Part shown: in pieces, positions 11,831-22,542 of the stretch | Position numbering within the stretch: the stretch's first letter is position 1 | Layout of the letters: the number at the start of each line of letters is the position of its first letter | DNA from: Eledone cirrhosa | Lineage: Eukaryota | DNA: 64,000 nt | Reading direction: 5' to 3' | Assembly: GCA_964016885.1 (NCBI GenBank) | Contig: OZ024756.1 | Location: 41,106,001-41,170,000, forward strand | Notes under the pieces: model-generated | What the model was told of the DNA's origin: nothing | Databases searched by the model: none | What the model saw: the letters and a program-made list of their open reading frames with translations, nothing else | Position numbers and translations under genes: made by a program

Positions 11831-14800
11831 CCTTGATGTGTACACATGATAATTATTAGTAGCCAACATCTGAGTCAACAATTAAACCTCATGTTATTTT
11901 ACTACAAAATCATGGAACATAGAATCATCTAGATTCTAGCAGTGTTCTGATGTTTGAAAATGGGTTTCAGTGACACAAATAATTGCTCAAATATCTGTTT
12001 TCTGTTCTTCTGATACCTGTTTTCTGTTCTTCTTATATCTGTTTTCTGCTCATCAAATAACTGTTTTCATCATATTTATGTTGTGTATTTTTTTTAAATT
12101 AAATTTTTATTTATGTTACAGTCAGTCAGAGAGAGAAAGGATGATTGAAATTCTGAAGAAGGCTTCTGAGGCTGATGAGGATTATGAAGACTCTGATGAA
12201 GGTAAAGTCATTTTCATGGGTTTTTTTCCTAGATTCTCCTCTGTTTAACCAAGTGTATCTGGTTTACAATAGGTACACCATATCCTTGTGTCTGGTACCT
12301 TTGTAGTGGAGGTAAAACTAGTTGAGAGCAAAATTAAATATTTCTTACAAGTTGGTTAGAACATCAGATAAAATACTTTGTAGAATTCATTCCAGATCTC
12401 TCTGCTTTCTAACTTCGAGTCCTGCTGTGGTCAACTTTGCCTTTCATCTTTTTAAGGTTGATAAAAACAAGTATCAGTCCAGTACTGAGGGAGATTCTTC
12501 CTCAATATCTTTCTCACTTCCTCTTTATCCCACGCTCTCTCCTTGCCTGGAAAAAATCAGCTATGTTTAGACCTGGAGAGGAAATGGGCTCCACCAGGTT
12601 TAAACACCTAAGACACACTGTATATCATGAGGTTGCCTCTATGATTCCACCAAGAATTTCAGGTCTATACATACACAATTTTTGTATTAAATTCTCTCTA
12701 TTTCCAGAAGGTTGCAGTCTTGCAGAGCGTCTTAGTGGCCTAGATTTAGGTAAGTTGTTTTATTTTTCTTACTTTAGCTTCCAAGATTATACTGCACCAC
12801 CACATGAGTTCAAGTCTTGATATGACTATATTACTTTGTAATATGGAAGCAAGACTTATATATGATAATTAAAATTACTTTTGCAATGATGAAAGTCAAA
12901 GATTAAGTGTAATTAAATCTGGTCACAGCAGAGGGGTGACAACTCTGATTGTGTGATTAAAATTTATATTACAGCCTTCAGAAAATATGTTTGTCTTAGA
13001 AATTAATCACACTAGTTGTGAGAAACTAAGGTGTTGGGTTGCAAGTTCAAATTCTGCTGTTCTTTTCATATTTATTATTCATGTCCATTTTAGTTTTTTG
13101 GCCTGTCTTTTATTTAGTGGTAATTTCTCTACAGATATTAATGATAAATAGGAAAAGAGCAGCATATATATGTACTTTTGAAATTTTGTTTAGAAAAAGA
13201 TACAGACAAGATCTGGGAGGTACTGACCAAAGAAGAGAAAGAAGAATTTCAGACATTACTGAGGGATGAACAACTTGGAGGTTTGATAGAGTTCTGGACG
13301 CCATGGTGGAACCACAAGGTAGAGAAGAATTACTAACGCTCCTTTATGTCTTTCTTGGAATTTTATTTTACTGGTTTTATTTATTGGATCTTCTTTTTCA
13401 AATTCCATTGAAGTTTGATTTTAAAAATCCATTTTGTACAGGAGAAATCTAAAGTGGAAGAATTGGATACTGAAGACAAAGTAGATACATCTTGCCCTCA
13501 GTTATGTAAGAACATACCTCATATCTCACAGATCCTCAAGGTACAAAATCCTACCTCACTTTATTACTAAGTTATTTTATTTTTCAGATATTTTTATAAG
13601 CCTGATTTCATTTATTTGATGGGTACAGCCAAATGGCAGGAGATCCAGAAGTAGACCCTCAAGTAAGATGGGGTTGGATAATATCCATAATCTTAGTTGC
13701 TTGGGCTTCCAGCTGGATCATTTGGGGATGGTTGCTTCTGATAGAACCCTCTGGAAGGTGTGTCTGAGAACTCTGGCCACACAACCCTTGCAGGTAGGGT
13801 GTGATTTGAGGAAGATTCGGTTGCTATTTCTAGCAGGTTGAACAACCATACAGCTGTTCTCTTATTATTTTGCCTCTTCATCTCATATTTTTATTGGTTC
13901 AGTGTTTGTGAGAAAGTCAGACATAAAAATTTCCACAAACACAGGCATACCAAACTTACCTTTCTATATCAAAAGTTATCACATTCTTGAAAGAAATTGA
14001 AAAAGATATCAAAATATACTGACATATGATGTCCATGTCTCAGTTTGGGTTGAAGTTTATTTTTCAACCAACATCCCCATCATTCTCATGGGAGATGTCT
14101 TAAGATTTCTAGCAAGGAAAATAGCCTCACACCACTTGTCGTTTGTATACCAACACCATGTAGTTTATATATACCAACACCATGTAGTTTATATATACCA
14201 ACACCATGTAGTTTATACACCAACACCATATCTTTTGATTATTACAGAACAGCAAGCCTTCAAGTGATTTAAGATTTACTGTCATCAACACTGTTTACTC
14301 TTATGCATATATCTGTCGCTTACATAATGGTGACCACTTCAACACTCCACTTGACTCTGCTAATGTAAGCGACCAATTTTTACTGTGAATTTCAACTTCA
14401 TGTCAATATTTTTCTACATTTTAATAGATGTTGTTGTTACTTAATCCTAGTTCACCTCTGCTAAAGACAGATCTAAGATTTGTTGTTTAAACCTTGTTCA
14501 GCCATGATAAAAACAAACCTATGATGTGTTATTTTACTCTCTGATAAAGACAGATTTATGATTTGTTGTTTAACACTAACTCAATTATTGACTTAACTAT
14601 GGACTGAACATACTAACTTAACTATTGACTTAACACTAACTTAATTACTGAAAGTCACGATAAATGGTTTAATATTTTCCAGGAAGTCTTACTCCTGTGT
14701 GATGTCTTAGAAACAACACACACCTACAGCAGTACAAGTGAGGCTTTACATGCTTGTTTAAACAGAAGTAATCAGGTAAGCAATCTCTCCTATTATTTTG

Positions 14801-16707
14801 TATATTTCAAGGATATAAAATGGATTTAGAATGATCTCTATGGAATAATCCATAACATGGTCAACGTCATCATCCTGCAGCTTTAGCCAATATAGACTCT
14901 TATAAATCTCTACATAGATCTGACAATCATTGTATTGCCTAGGTCCTGAACATCAATACCAGAGTCTCTGGTTATAACATCTGGAGAGGAGAGCTTGTGA
15001 CATCTTTGGCTCTTAACAGATGTTGGTTTCTAATCCATGTAGATCTACTGCTCATTACATTGCCTAGATCCTGAACATTAATACCAGAGTCTCTGGTTAT
15101 AACATCTGGAGAGGAAAGGTTGTGACATCTTTGGTTCTTAACAGATGTTGGTTTACAAAGCACTAAAAGAGACACAGATTCCTCTGAGGCATGATGGCAA
15201 TGGCCTGCAAGTCTCACCCTCATCTTTCACACAGTATCAGAAATACAAGAGAGACCATCATATATTTCTCAGGAACATTCAGTGTAACAAGGCTGGACCA
15301 TTGAACTACAGATACAGCTGCTCTATTATTACCAGCTGAGTGAACTGAAGCAATGTGAAATGAAGTGTCTTGCTCAAGGACACAACACCACCAGGAATCA
15401 AACATACGACCTTAAAATTGTGAGCTGACAACTAAGCCTTCACTCTGTAAGTTAAAACACTATATTCATATTTTCTTGGTCTTCTTTCTCTTGTAGGATT
15501 CGTGTCTAATCCATGCCTCCCAGAAATTTAGTATCTCAATCATAAAGGATGTCATTGATATCATTGAAGGTCCATCTTCCCAGGAACCTTTGAACTATTT
15601 GTTAATGGCTCTCTCTGATCTTCTCAAAATGTTTCAATTTGCCCAGACAGAAATTTCAAAAGGTAAACTCATTTCTATCTATAGTTACCATACTGAGGGC
15701 ACAAGAACCTCTCGTGCACCCAGTACACTCTGTAAAGTGGCAGTGTTGGTATCACGATAAAATGTACCTACTCTATTCTGTAAAGTGGTAGTGCTGGTGT
15801 CATAATAAAATGCACTCAGTAAAGTGGTTGGCATTAGGAAGCGGATCCAGCCGTAGACACCTTGCCAAAAATAGAACATATGATCAAGGTATATTCCACT
15901 GGTAGTTACAGGCCATGAGAATCTGTCCAACCCATGGAAAATAGTCCGAAAATGTATCATTGTTATCTATGTTTATTTTCTGTTTATCTCATTTCATTTT
16001 GTCATTGCAGATTTTAAAAATAAAAAGTCTGATGATGAAACGAAGACTTCACAGATGAAAACCCAGAAGAAAAAGCTGTTCCGTTCTGAAAAGAAGATTT
16101 TGTTTCTTTTAAGTTGGAGTCAATCTTATGGACTTGCTCTTCATGGCTGTCTACAAGAATTGAACCTAGAATTTTGTAAGTGATATCTACCTAGAAATTG
16201 GTAGAATTTATTATAACACTCTTGTCTGTGAGTGTCATGTAGAAATTGGTAGGATTTATTACAGCCACGACACTAGACCAGCTCCCTAGCCACTGAGCCA
16301 CAACACTAGACCAGCTCCCTAGCCACCGAGCCACATACTAGACCAGCTCCCTAGCCACCGAGCCACAACACTAGAGCAGCTCCCTAGCCACAACACTAGA
16401 GCAGCTCCCTAGCCACGACACTAGACCAGCTCCCTAACCACGACACTAGACCAGCTCCCTAACCACCGAGCCACGACACTAGACTAGCTCCCTAACCACC
16501 GAGCCACGACACTAGACCAGCTCCGTAGCCATCTGGTCATTCCACTTCTGTTCTGGTCTTAATAACTTCACTAATGTTTCCTTTATTTTCACAGGTGAGT
16601 TGAGCAGCGAATTGACCAGTGTTGCTAACACGAAGAAACAGTTTGAAGACAAGTGGCAGGGCAAGAGACCTCGTACCAAGAAACCTCTGATAGAAGTCTT
16701 GAATTGA
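9918..16707 (+). CDS. ZNHIT2: Zinc finger HIT domain-containing protein 2, 11 coding exons: 9918-9991, 11086-11235, 12122-12201, 12708-12749, 13194-13318, 13442-13540, 14248-14364, 14683-14775, 15497-15662, 16011-16175, 16595-16707
   Basis: All introns are GT-AG with consistent phases; exons sum to 1224 nt (407 aa + stop). N-terminal zf-HIT (CVFC...YTCPRCKAAYCSVTCYRSKKHLQCSESFY), then LAERLSGLDL, IWEVLTKEEKEEF...WTPWW, YSYAYICRLHNGD, ALSDL, KKILFLLSW and C-terminal LIEVLN, matching ZNHIT2-family blocks. Confidence 0.9.
11086..11235 (+). CDS. ZNHIT2: ZNHIT2 exon 2 (zf-HIT domain)
   Basis: tttacag| acceptor; CLLHVSKYTCPRCKAAYCSVTCYRSKKHLQCSESFYKNCV; AG|gttgtg donor. Confidence 0.9.
12122..12201 (+). 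CDS. ZNHIT2: ZNHIT2 exon 3
   Basis: ttacag| SQSERERMIEILKKASEADEDYEDSDE G|gtaaag. Confidence 0.85.
12708..12749 (+). CDS. ZNHIT2: ZNHIT2 exon 4
   Basis: tttccag| EGCSLAERLSGLDL G|gtaagt; tandem CAGAAG acceptor. Confidence 0.85.
13194..13318 (+). CDS. ZNHIT2: ZNHIT2 exon 5
   Basis: tttag| EKDTDKIWEVLTKEEKEEFQTLLRDEQLGGLIEFWTPWWNHK |gtagag. Confidence 0.88.
13442..13540 (+). CDS. ZNHIT2: ZNHIT2 exon 6
   Basis: tacag| EKSKVEELDTEDKVDTSCPQLCKNIPHISQILK |gtacaa. Confidence 0.82.
14248..14364 (+). CDS. ZNHIT2: ZNHIT2 exon 7
   Basis: ttacag| NSKPSSDLRFTVINTVYSYAYICRLHNGDHFNTPLDSAN |gtaagc. Confidence 0.88.
14683..14775 (+). CDS. ZNHIT2: ZNHIT2 exon 8
   Basis: ttttccag| EVLLLCDVLETTHTYSSTSEALHACLNRSNQ |gtaagc. 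Confidence 0.85.
14935..15155. repeat. ~125-bp direct duplication in ZNHIT2 intron 8
   Basis: ttgcctaggtcctgaacatcaataccagagtctctggttataacatctggagagga...ttaacagatgttggttt present twice. Confidence 0.85.
15497..15662 (+). CDS. ZNHIT2: ZNHIT2 exon 9
   Basis: ttgtag| DSCLIHASQKFSISIIKDVIDIIEG...YLLMALSDLLKMF...SK G|gtaaac. Confidence 0.87.
16011..16175 (+). CDS. ZNHIT2: ZNHIT2 exon 10
   Basis: ttgcag| DFKNKK...KKLFRSEKKILFLLSWSQSY...LEF T|gtaagt. Confidence 0.88.
16263..16531. repeat. 25-33-bp minisatellite in ZNHIT2 intron 10 (gccacgacactagaccagctccctagccaccga)
   Basis: About 9 variant copies. Confidence 0.9.
16595..16707 (+). CDS. ZNHIT2: ZNHIT2 exon 11 (terminal)
   Basis: ttttcacag| CELSSELTSVANTKKQFEDKWQGKRPRTKKPLIEVLN*; AATAAA cluster from 17135. 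Confidence 0.85.
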
Positions 16708-17344
16708 ACCTCATAATATTATCTTTGGCGGCAGTAAATTGGCAACAATCACTAGAATATCAGATAGAATACTTTGTGGTATTTGTTCCGGCTTTGAGTT
16801 CAAGTCTGCCTTTCATCCTTTCAAGGTTGATTTTAAAAAAAAAAAAAAAAAAAAAAAAAGGTACCAGTCCAGTACTGGAGTCAATTCTTCCTCTCTATCA
16901 CTCTGTTGTGTTCAGGCACTGCCAGGTTTAAAATGTCCAAAACATGACTCCATTAAAAGTTATGGGTCCATTCATACTTCAGTGTGGAAGATAACTTACT
17001 ATACATAAAGTAAGGGTTGTCATCAGACCCTAAAATACTGCTTCAACAAACTCTCCTCCTCCAACCCATGCCAGTATTGTAATGTGGATGTAAAAATGAC
17101 GATGATTGTTATGATGTCATTTTTGTATATAACTAATAAATAATAAAATATAAAAAAATAAATTGAAATAAAGACATCTTGATTTTATTGTTCTGTAGAA
17201 GTTTAATGGAAGTAAGATTTGAAAAAAAAACCCATTCCAGAGCTCACCTATACATGAATATCACAAGAAACAATATAATTATATATAATACATATAACAG
17301 GTATAAAACTGAAACAGGTGTATAGGGTTAGTTTAGGTATAAAT

Positions 17345-17548
17345 AATGTAAGGAATGTAGTTTTTATTATAAACAATGTTGTCTCATGTGTGGAGATGTT
17401 ATAAAACAGAGTGAAGACTCTTAAAGATGGGAAGAGAAGTTGCTGTGGATGATGGCAACTTCTTTTTCCATGTTTAACGTCTTCACCCTTATAGCATCTC
17501 CATACATGAGAAATCAGTGTTTATAATAAAAACTACATTCTTACATTC
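17345..17548. mobile_element. ~200-bp imperfect foldback/palindrome
   Basis: aatgtaaggaatgtagtttttattataaaca ... tgtttataataaaaactacattcttacatt; centre agaagttgc-N11-gcaacttct. Confidence 0.7.
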
Positions 17549-17552
17549 ACAG

Positions 17553-17665
17553 GAAGAAACAAGTGGAAGGGCAAGAGACCTTGCACCAGGTAACCTTTAA
17601 TAGAAGTCTTGAAGTGAACCCCATAATATTTGGCGGCAGTGAATTGGTGCAGTCATTAGAATAAA
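17553..17665 (+). pseudogene. Degenerate duplicate of the ZNHIT2 terminal exon and start of its 3' UTR
   Basis: gaagaaacaagtggaagggcaagagaccttgcaccaggtaacctttaatagaagtcttgaagtgaaccccataatat aligns to ~16633-16720 with substitutions and a deletion; preceded by cacag. Confidence 0.75.
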
Positions 17666-18708
17666 AATGCCCACTGCTACAAAACTAATAGGTTTTTTCT
17701 ATCCAAGATGGCTAACCTGAAGCAACTACTAAATAATATTGAGGCAACTGAGCCCATCATGGTTTCCAAATTATTGTATATATTCAGTCAATCCCTCCAA
17801 TGTTTTGACAACCTAATCAAGTGTGTTGGCTTGCCTCAACAAGTACTAGAGGGAGGCTCTGGCACCCCTTGTGGTATGGGATCGATTGACACACCGTTAT
17901 GGGTCTATATTTTCATGTGAAATATTTATGTAATTAACTAATAGAGATATATTGGTGTATGTGTTAAATTTTGACAGCTATGGTATTTGTGTTTGTAATT
18001 TCAAGCTATCTATATTGTCAACATAGTTATTTGGGGAAATATGTGAACTTTGCTATTATGTAATTTCATGTTGAACATTTATTTCGATATAATAAATTAA
18101 ATCATATCTGGAAAAAAAAAAAAAAAATACTGGCTATGTGAGCAATCATACAAACTTGGAATTTTGTGTTTTGATAAATTAATGGATTGCATAAGAGAAG
18201 CTCTATAGTTTATATTGATTACTGGCATGTGGAAGTGATTAAAGATAAGAATGATATTTTGATCATTTATTTCTAGGATATATTTACATAAATGTTCAGC
18301 ATATATGTACGAATGACAGGATTAAATGTAGGAATTACTTTGGAAAATAACTATTTACAGGGACAAATGTTGGGTTAGAATCTAGGAGCTTGTGATTGGA
18401 AAGTGTTCTTGTTGTAGTAACATGTCTGAGATAAGAAATACACGGTGGGGGGGGGGGTACATTTTAAAGTGTTACAGACATGTATAAATAAATATACAAA
18501 CGCACGTGGTCAATACGTATAATTCTAATATTCAAGAATGCTCATAAACTTAGACATTTATAAGAATACCCTTGAAATTATAGAAATACATTTAATTTTC
18601 AGATTTCAATTATATTTTGATAATCAAAAATATTTTAAACCTTCCAACAATTTAATTAGATTTTCTCGTCAAACCTTAAAAATTAGCTAACAAAGGGAGA
18701 CAATTCTG

Positions 18709-18730
18709 TTACGTCACTCCTTTCAGTACG
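18709..18730 (+). promoter_or_regulatory. CRE/ATF-like site (TTACGTCA) and Inr-like or acceptor-like TTTCAGT just upstream of the N6AMT1 ATG
   Basis: Motifs seen directly; function inferred only. Confidence 0.3.
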
Positions 18731-18732
18731 AA

Positions 18733-19410
18733 ATGTTTTCTACTCCGAACTTTTCACACATAACCACAAGCGATTACGAAAAAATTTATGAACCAGCAGA
18801 GGACACTTTTCTGTTACTTGACTCTATCGAGAAGGACTTCGATTTCATCAAAAGCCGACAGCCAGGTATTTGTGTTGAGATAGGATGTGGCAGCGGTATT
18901 CCTATAGTATTTCTCGCTCGGGTTCTCGGACCATCTTCGTTTTACATGTGTACGGACATTAATAGAGCAGCCGTACAGATCGCGCGTGACACGGCCGCCA
19001 ACAACAGTGTAGTCGTTGAAGCAGTAGAAACAGATCTGATGTCCGGATTACTTCCGAGACTTTCAAACAAAATTGATGTTTTGTTGTTCAACCCACCTTA
19101 CGTGCCAACACCAAGTCACGATGTCAAATATAATGCTGCCGACCCAATAACTGCTTCATGGGCTGGAGGTGATAAAGGACGAGAAGTTATGGACAGACTC
19201 TTTCCACTTGTCCCACACATATTGTCCGAAAGAGGGATACTTTATCTGGTGGTCGTTGCTGAAAATGACCCGTCAGATGTTATTAAAACTATGGATAGTT
19301 ATGGTCTGAGTGGCGAAACTGTTCTTTCACGTCGCTCAGGACCTGAGTTACTCAGTGTAATAAGATTTATTAAACAAACAGAACAAAACAAAACAAATGT
19401 CGGACTTTAA
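18733..19410 (+). CDS. N6AMT1: HemK-family methyltransferase N6AMT1/HEMK2 (eRF1 Gln methyltransferase catalytic subunit), intronless CDS, 225 aa
   Basis: YEPAEDTFLLLD, SAM-binding EIGCGSG, TDIN, FNPPYVPT, WAGG.KGREVMDR motifs; AATAAA overlaps the stop codon. Confidence 0.95.
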   Translation: MFSTPNFSHITTSDYEKIYEPAEDTFLLLDSIEKDFDFIKSRQPGICVEIGCGSGIPIVFLARVLGPSSFYMCTDINRAAVQIARDTAANNSVVVEAVETDLMSGLLPRLSNKIDVLLFNPPYVPTPSHDVKYNAADPITASWAGGDKGREVMDRLFPLVPHILSERGILYLVVVAENDPSDVIKTMDSYGLSGETVLSRRSGPELLSVIRFIKQTEQNKTNVGL

Positions 19411-21112
19411 ATAAAATATATATATATTTATAAAATTGTAAGTTATGTACTTATTTATGGTAATAGCAATACTTATCTCCACATGTTCAACACTTCGTCA
19501 GCACATCGGAGTGTCGTCTGAATTAAACACTTTCTAATACACACATCATATATATTATACACAAACAATATGTATAACTGGCGCTGGAGCTTCCCATTAA
19601 TGTTTTGAGGCATGTTGACATACTCACAGCATTAAACAATCATATTTTAAACCAGCTTCTTTTTTTCTCCTCAAATTAGTTATCTTTGTAACCCTCGTCT
19701 CGTTCAAAATTTTCCTTCCGTGCAAATGTCTTTCCCCAAAGCGAAAATCCAGTTAGTCGAGGAACGAAAAATTGTTTGTCTCCTGACACTACATAAGCAC
19801 TTTCCTCACTATCAGCAAAATACATCAATTTTAGGTTAATATAACTTACATATAGAGAAAGGGGGATTTTTACTGAAAGGAGATGCTTTGCCAAATTGTC
19901 GGCCGCTTAACGAATGTGTAGGAACTAATGAAATACTGTTGTTTTACTTAATGTATTAACGTTTGTTGTATATATTGGGGGATATTACACTTAATCGATT
20001 AAACGACCTCCTCACTCGAAAAAAATATTACCCCAAACATCGATTTCTCTTTCATAGAGTTTTTTTTTCCATCAACACCGGTCTTATTTTCCGTAGTCAA
20101 AACATTATTAACGACACCGGTTATCAAAAGCTTTTTGTGTGTTTTACAATTTTTACAATGATAAATATATATAAATACTCGCCAACATATTTGTTTAAAT
20201 AATGTCATCAAGAGTTTTCTTTCTTAACCTTCTCTTAACATTTTTCAACGTTTGGAGGGGCTGAGATATTGATAACATCGTTGGTGGCTCACCTTACTGA
20301 GATATCATGTAATACCCGTCAGGGATGCTTGGTTGTTTCAACGTCTTAGCCTCGCCATCATCCGTAGTAATACTGCCAGTGTGTTGGCTTACCTAAAGAA
20401 GTATTGCAAGTTGAACCACCAGGCCACATACTTTCATAACTGATACAATTTTAATCGGGGAAATGTCATCAATATTTATATAAAGATTACAAATATATAT
20501 AAATACAGTATTGAAAAGGGGGTGGGGAGAAGACCCACGCATTGATAGAGAGGAGGGTGCATTGGAGGATTAAATGGTAGGCAGAATTTTTTCTGGCTTA
20601 TATGTTCCAAGTTCAAATGTCACTGAGGTCAATTTTGCCTTTCAATACTCCTGGGTCGAGAAAATAAAGTACCAGTATCACACTGGGGCCAATTTATCGA
20701 CTTTCACCTGCCCTTCAAATTGCTGGCCTTGTGATAAATTTAGAAACGATTATTATTGCAAGAATTATTAGTTAATCTTAGAATTATCATTACATACTGT
20801 AGTCCTCCTTCGGTCCCAAATAACCATGGTTTTTTGCACCCAGGAAGTTCCCCTCCAAGGCACAAGTCCAGGCAAGGTGTGTTTGAGGAAGACTGGGACT
20901 CTGCCCTGCATACCACTCTCTTCTCTTTACACCACCAATATTGTCCAATGGAAAGTCAACAGCTGATACAGCTTGGCACCAGTTCACTACACACACACAC
21001 ATATATATATATATGGTTAGACCATTACTCACCAGAGTACTCAATACTTGGGGTAGTAGAGTATGGTTATATAGCTGCTGAAACAGAAAAAGCTCAGCCG
21101 TCGGGGTCCTGA

Positions 21113-21153
<41 letters not shown>

Positions 21154-21529
21154 TCATCGTCATCATTTAATGTCTATCTTCCACGCTAGCATGGGTTAAA
21201 CGGGAATTGTCCCACTTGAGGCAAGATTTGTCGGGTGACCGTGTCTTGCTCGTATAGGACTAGTTGGCAGGTTTTCTACGGCTAGATGCCCTTCCTAACA
21301 CCAGCCACATTTACTGTGTGGACAGGGAGGTTTTTACCGTGTTACCTACACAACCTTATTAGTTTGGACTGGATGTTGTGGTACCAACATAACTTTACAG
21401 AGAAAGGGTGGTGTTGGTGGGAGTAGGGGTAGTGGGTTGGGGGGGGTGTATATTTGGTTAAGAGGTGCCTACTGACTAGGTTTCGCTTTGTACATAGGCA
21501 AGGCAGGTCTTCTGTATTACTGCGTGGCA

Positions 21530-21565
<36 letters not shown>

Positions 21566-22122
21566 CATATGTGTATATATGTTAATAGTAAAAAGATGTT
21601 TTTTATGTTATTAGATAAATAGTATCATATGAATCAGAGATAACCTTGAAATGTTTTACACTACATTTGTAGGGTTTCCCTGATACAGCAGCATCTAGCT
21701 AGCTTCAGACTTATTACTATCTATCAAGCTACAGACCTATTTCTGTCTCTATCTAGCTACAGATCTCTCTCTCTCTCATATATATATATATAATTCATTT
21801 AGTATAGTTTGACAAGAATATATATATCATACACACGCACACATATATATATAATATACTTATCACTGTAAAATGGTTGTGTAGGTGTCACAACAAAAAG
21901 TAACCAGTACTCACTGTAAATGTGGTTGGTGTTTTGAAGGGCATCCAGCCATAGAAACAAACCCAAAATCAGTCCTGTATGAGCAAGACATGGTCATCTG
22001 ATCTGACTTGTCTCAGTGGAACAACCCGTCTAAACCCATGCTAGCGTGGGTTATGGATACTAAACGTTGATGATAATATATAAACAAATCTTATAATTTG
22101 AAATGTTGAAATCCAAACAGCT

Positions 22123-22193
22123 GCCATTTGGTGTAATGGTAACACACTTGACCAGAATTCAAGAGATACACAGTTCAATTCTCTGTAGTGACT
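22123..22193 (+). pseudogene. tRNA-like pseudogene or isolated tRNA-derived head
   Basis: A box TGGTGTAATGGT, D stem gtgt/acac, anticodon stem cttga/tcaag (loop ccagaat), T loop TTCAATT; acceptor stem poor and C instead of U33. Confidence 0.55.
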
Positions 22194-22321
22194 GCTGCCC
22201 ACTTATTTCCATCTTTAAGGGGATTTTACCTGATTTTCTTAGATTATCATTTATAACAATTTTGTGTTTGCATTTCAAGATTTCAAAACATCCAAACCCC
22301 TCGACGATATATATATTATTC

Positions 22322-22542
22322 TATAGTTACCTTCAACACAGTTTTGTTGTTACCATTGGTTTCCAATCCCACAATTTAGCTTAATTTATGTGTTCACACT
22401 TTGCATGTGAGACCTTCTTTCAGACAATTATAAAACAGTCACCCGGATGAGGGTTTCATATGAGAAGTGCAAACATACAAACTAAGCCAAATACAGGATT
22501 GGAAACCAATGATAGCAACGAAACTGTGTTGAAGATAACTAT
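22322..22542. mobile_element. ~220-bp imperfect foldback/palindrome
   Basis: tagttaccttcaacacagttt...ccattggtttccaatcc vs ggattggaaaccaatg...aaactgtgttgaagataacta; the ORF track shows YSYLQHSFV on both strands. Confidence 0.7.

Noticed and set aside
16175-18733. ZNHIT2-N6AMT1 fusion by splicing to tttcag at 18726
   Set aside because: Exon 10 ends in phase 1 and 6 nt precede the ATG, so the join is out of frame; routing via the duplicate exon gives an immediate stop.
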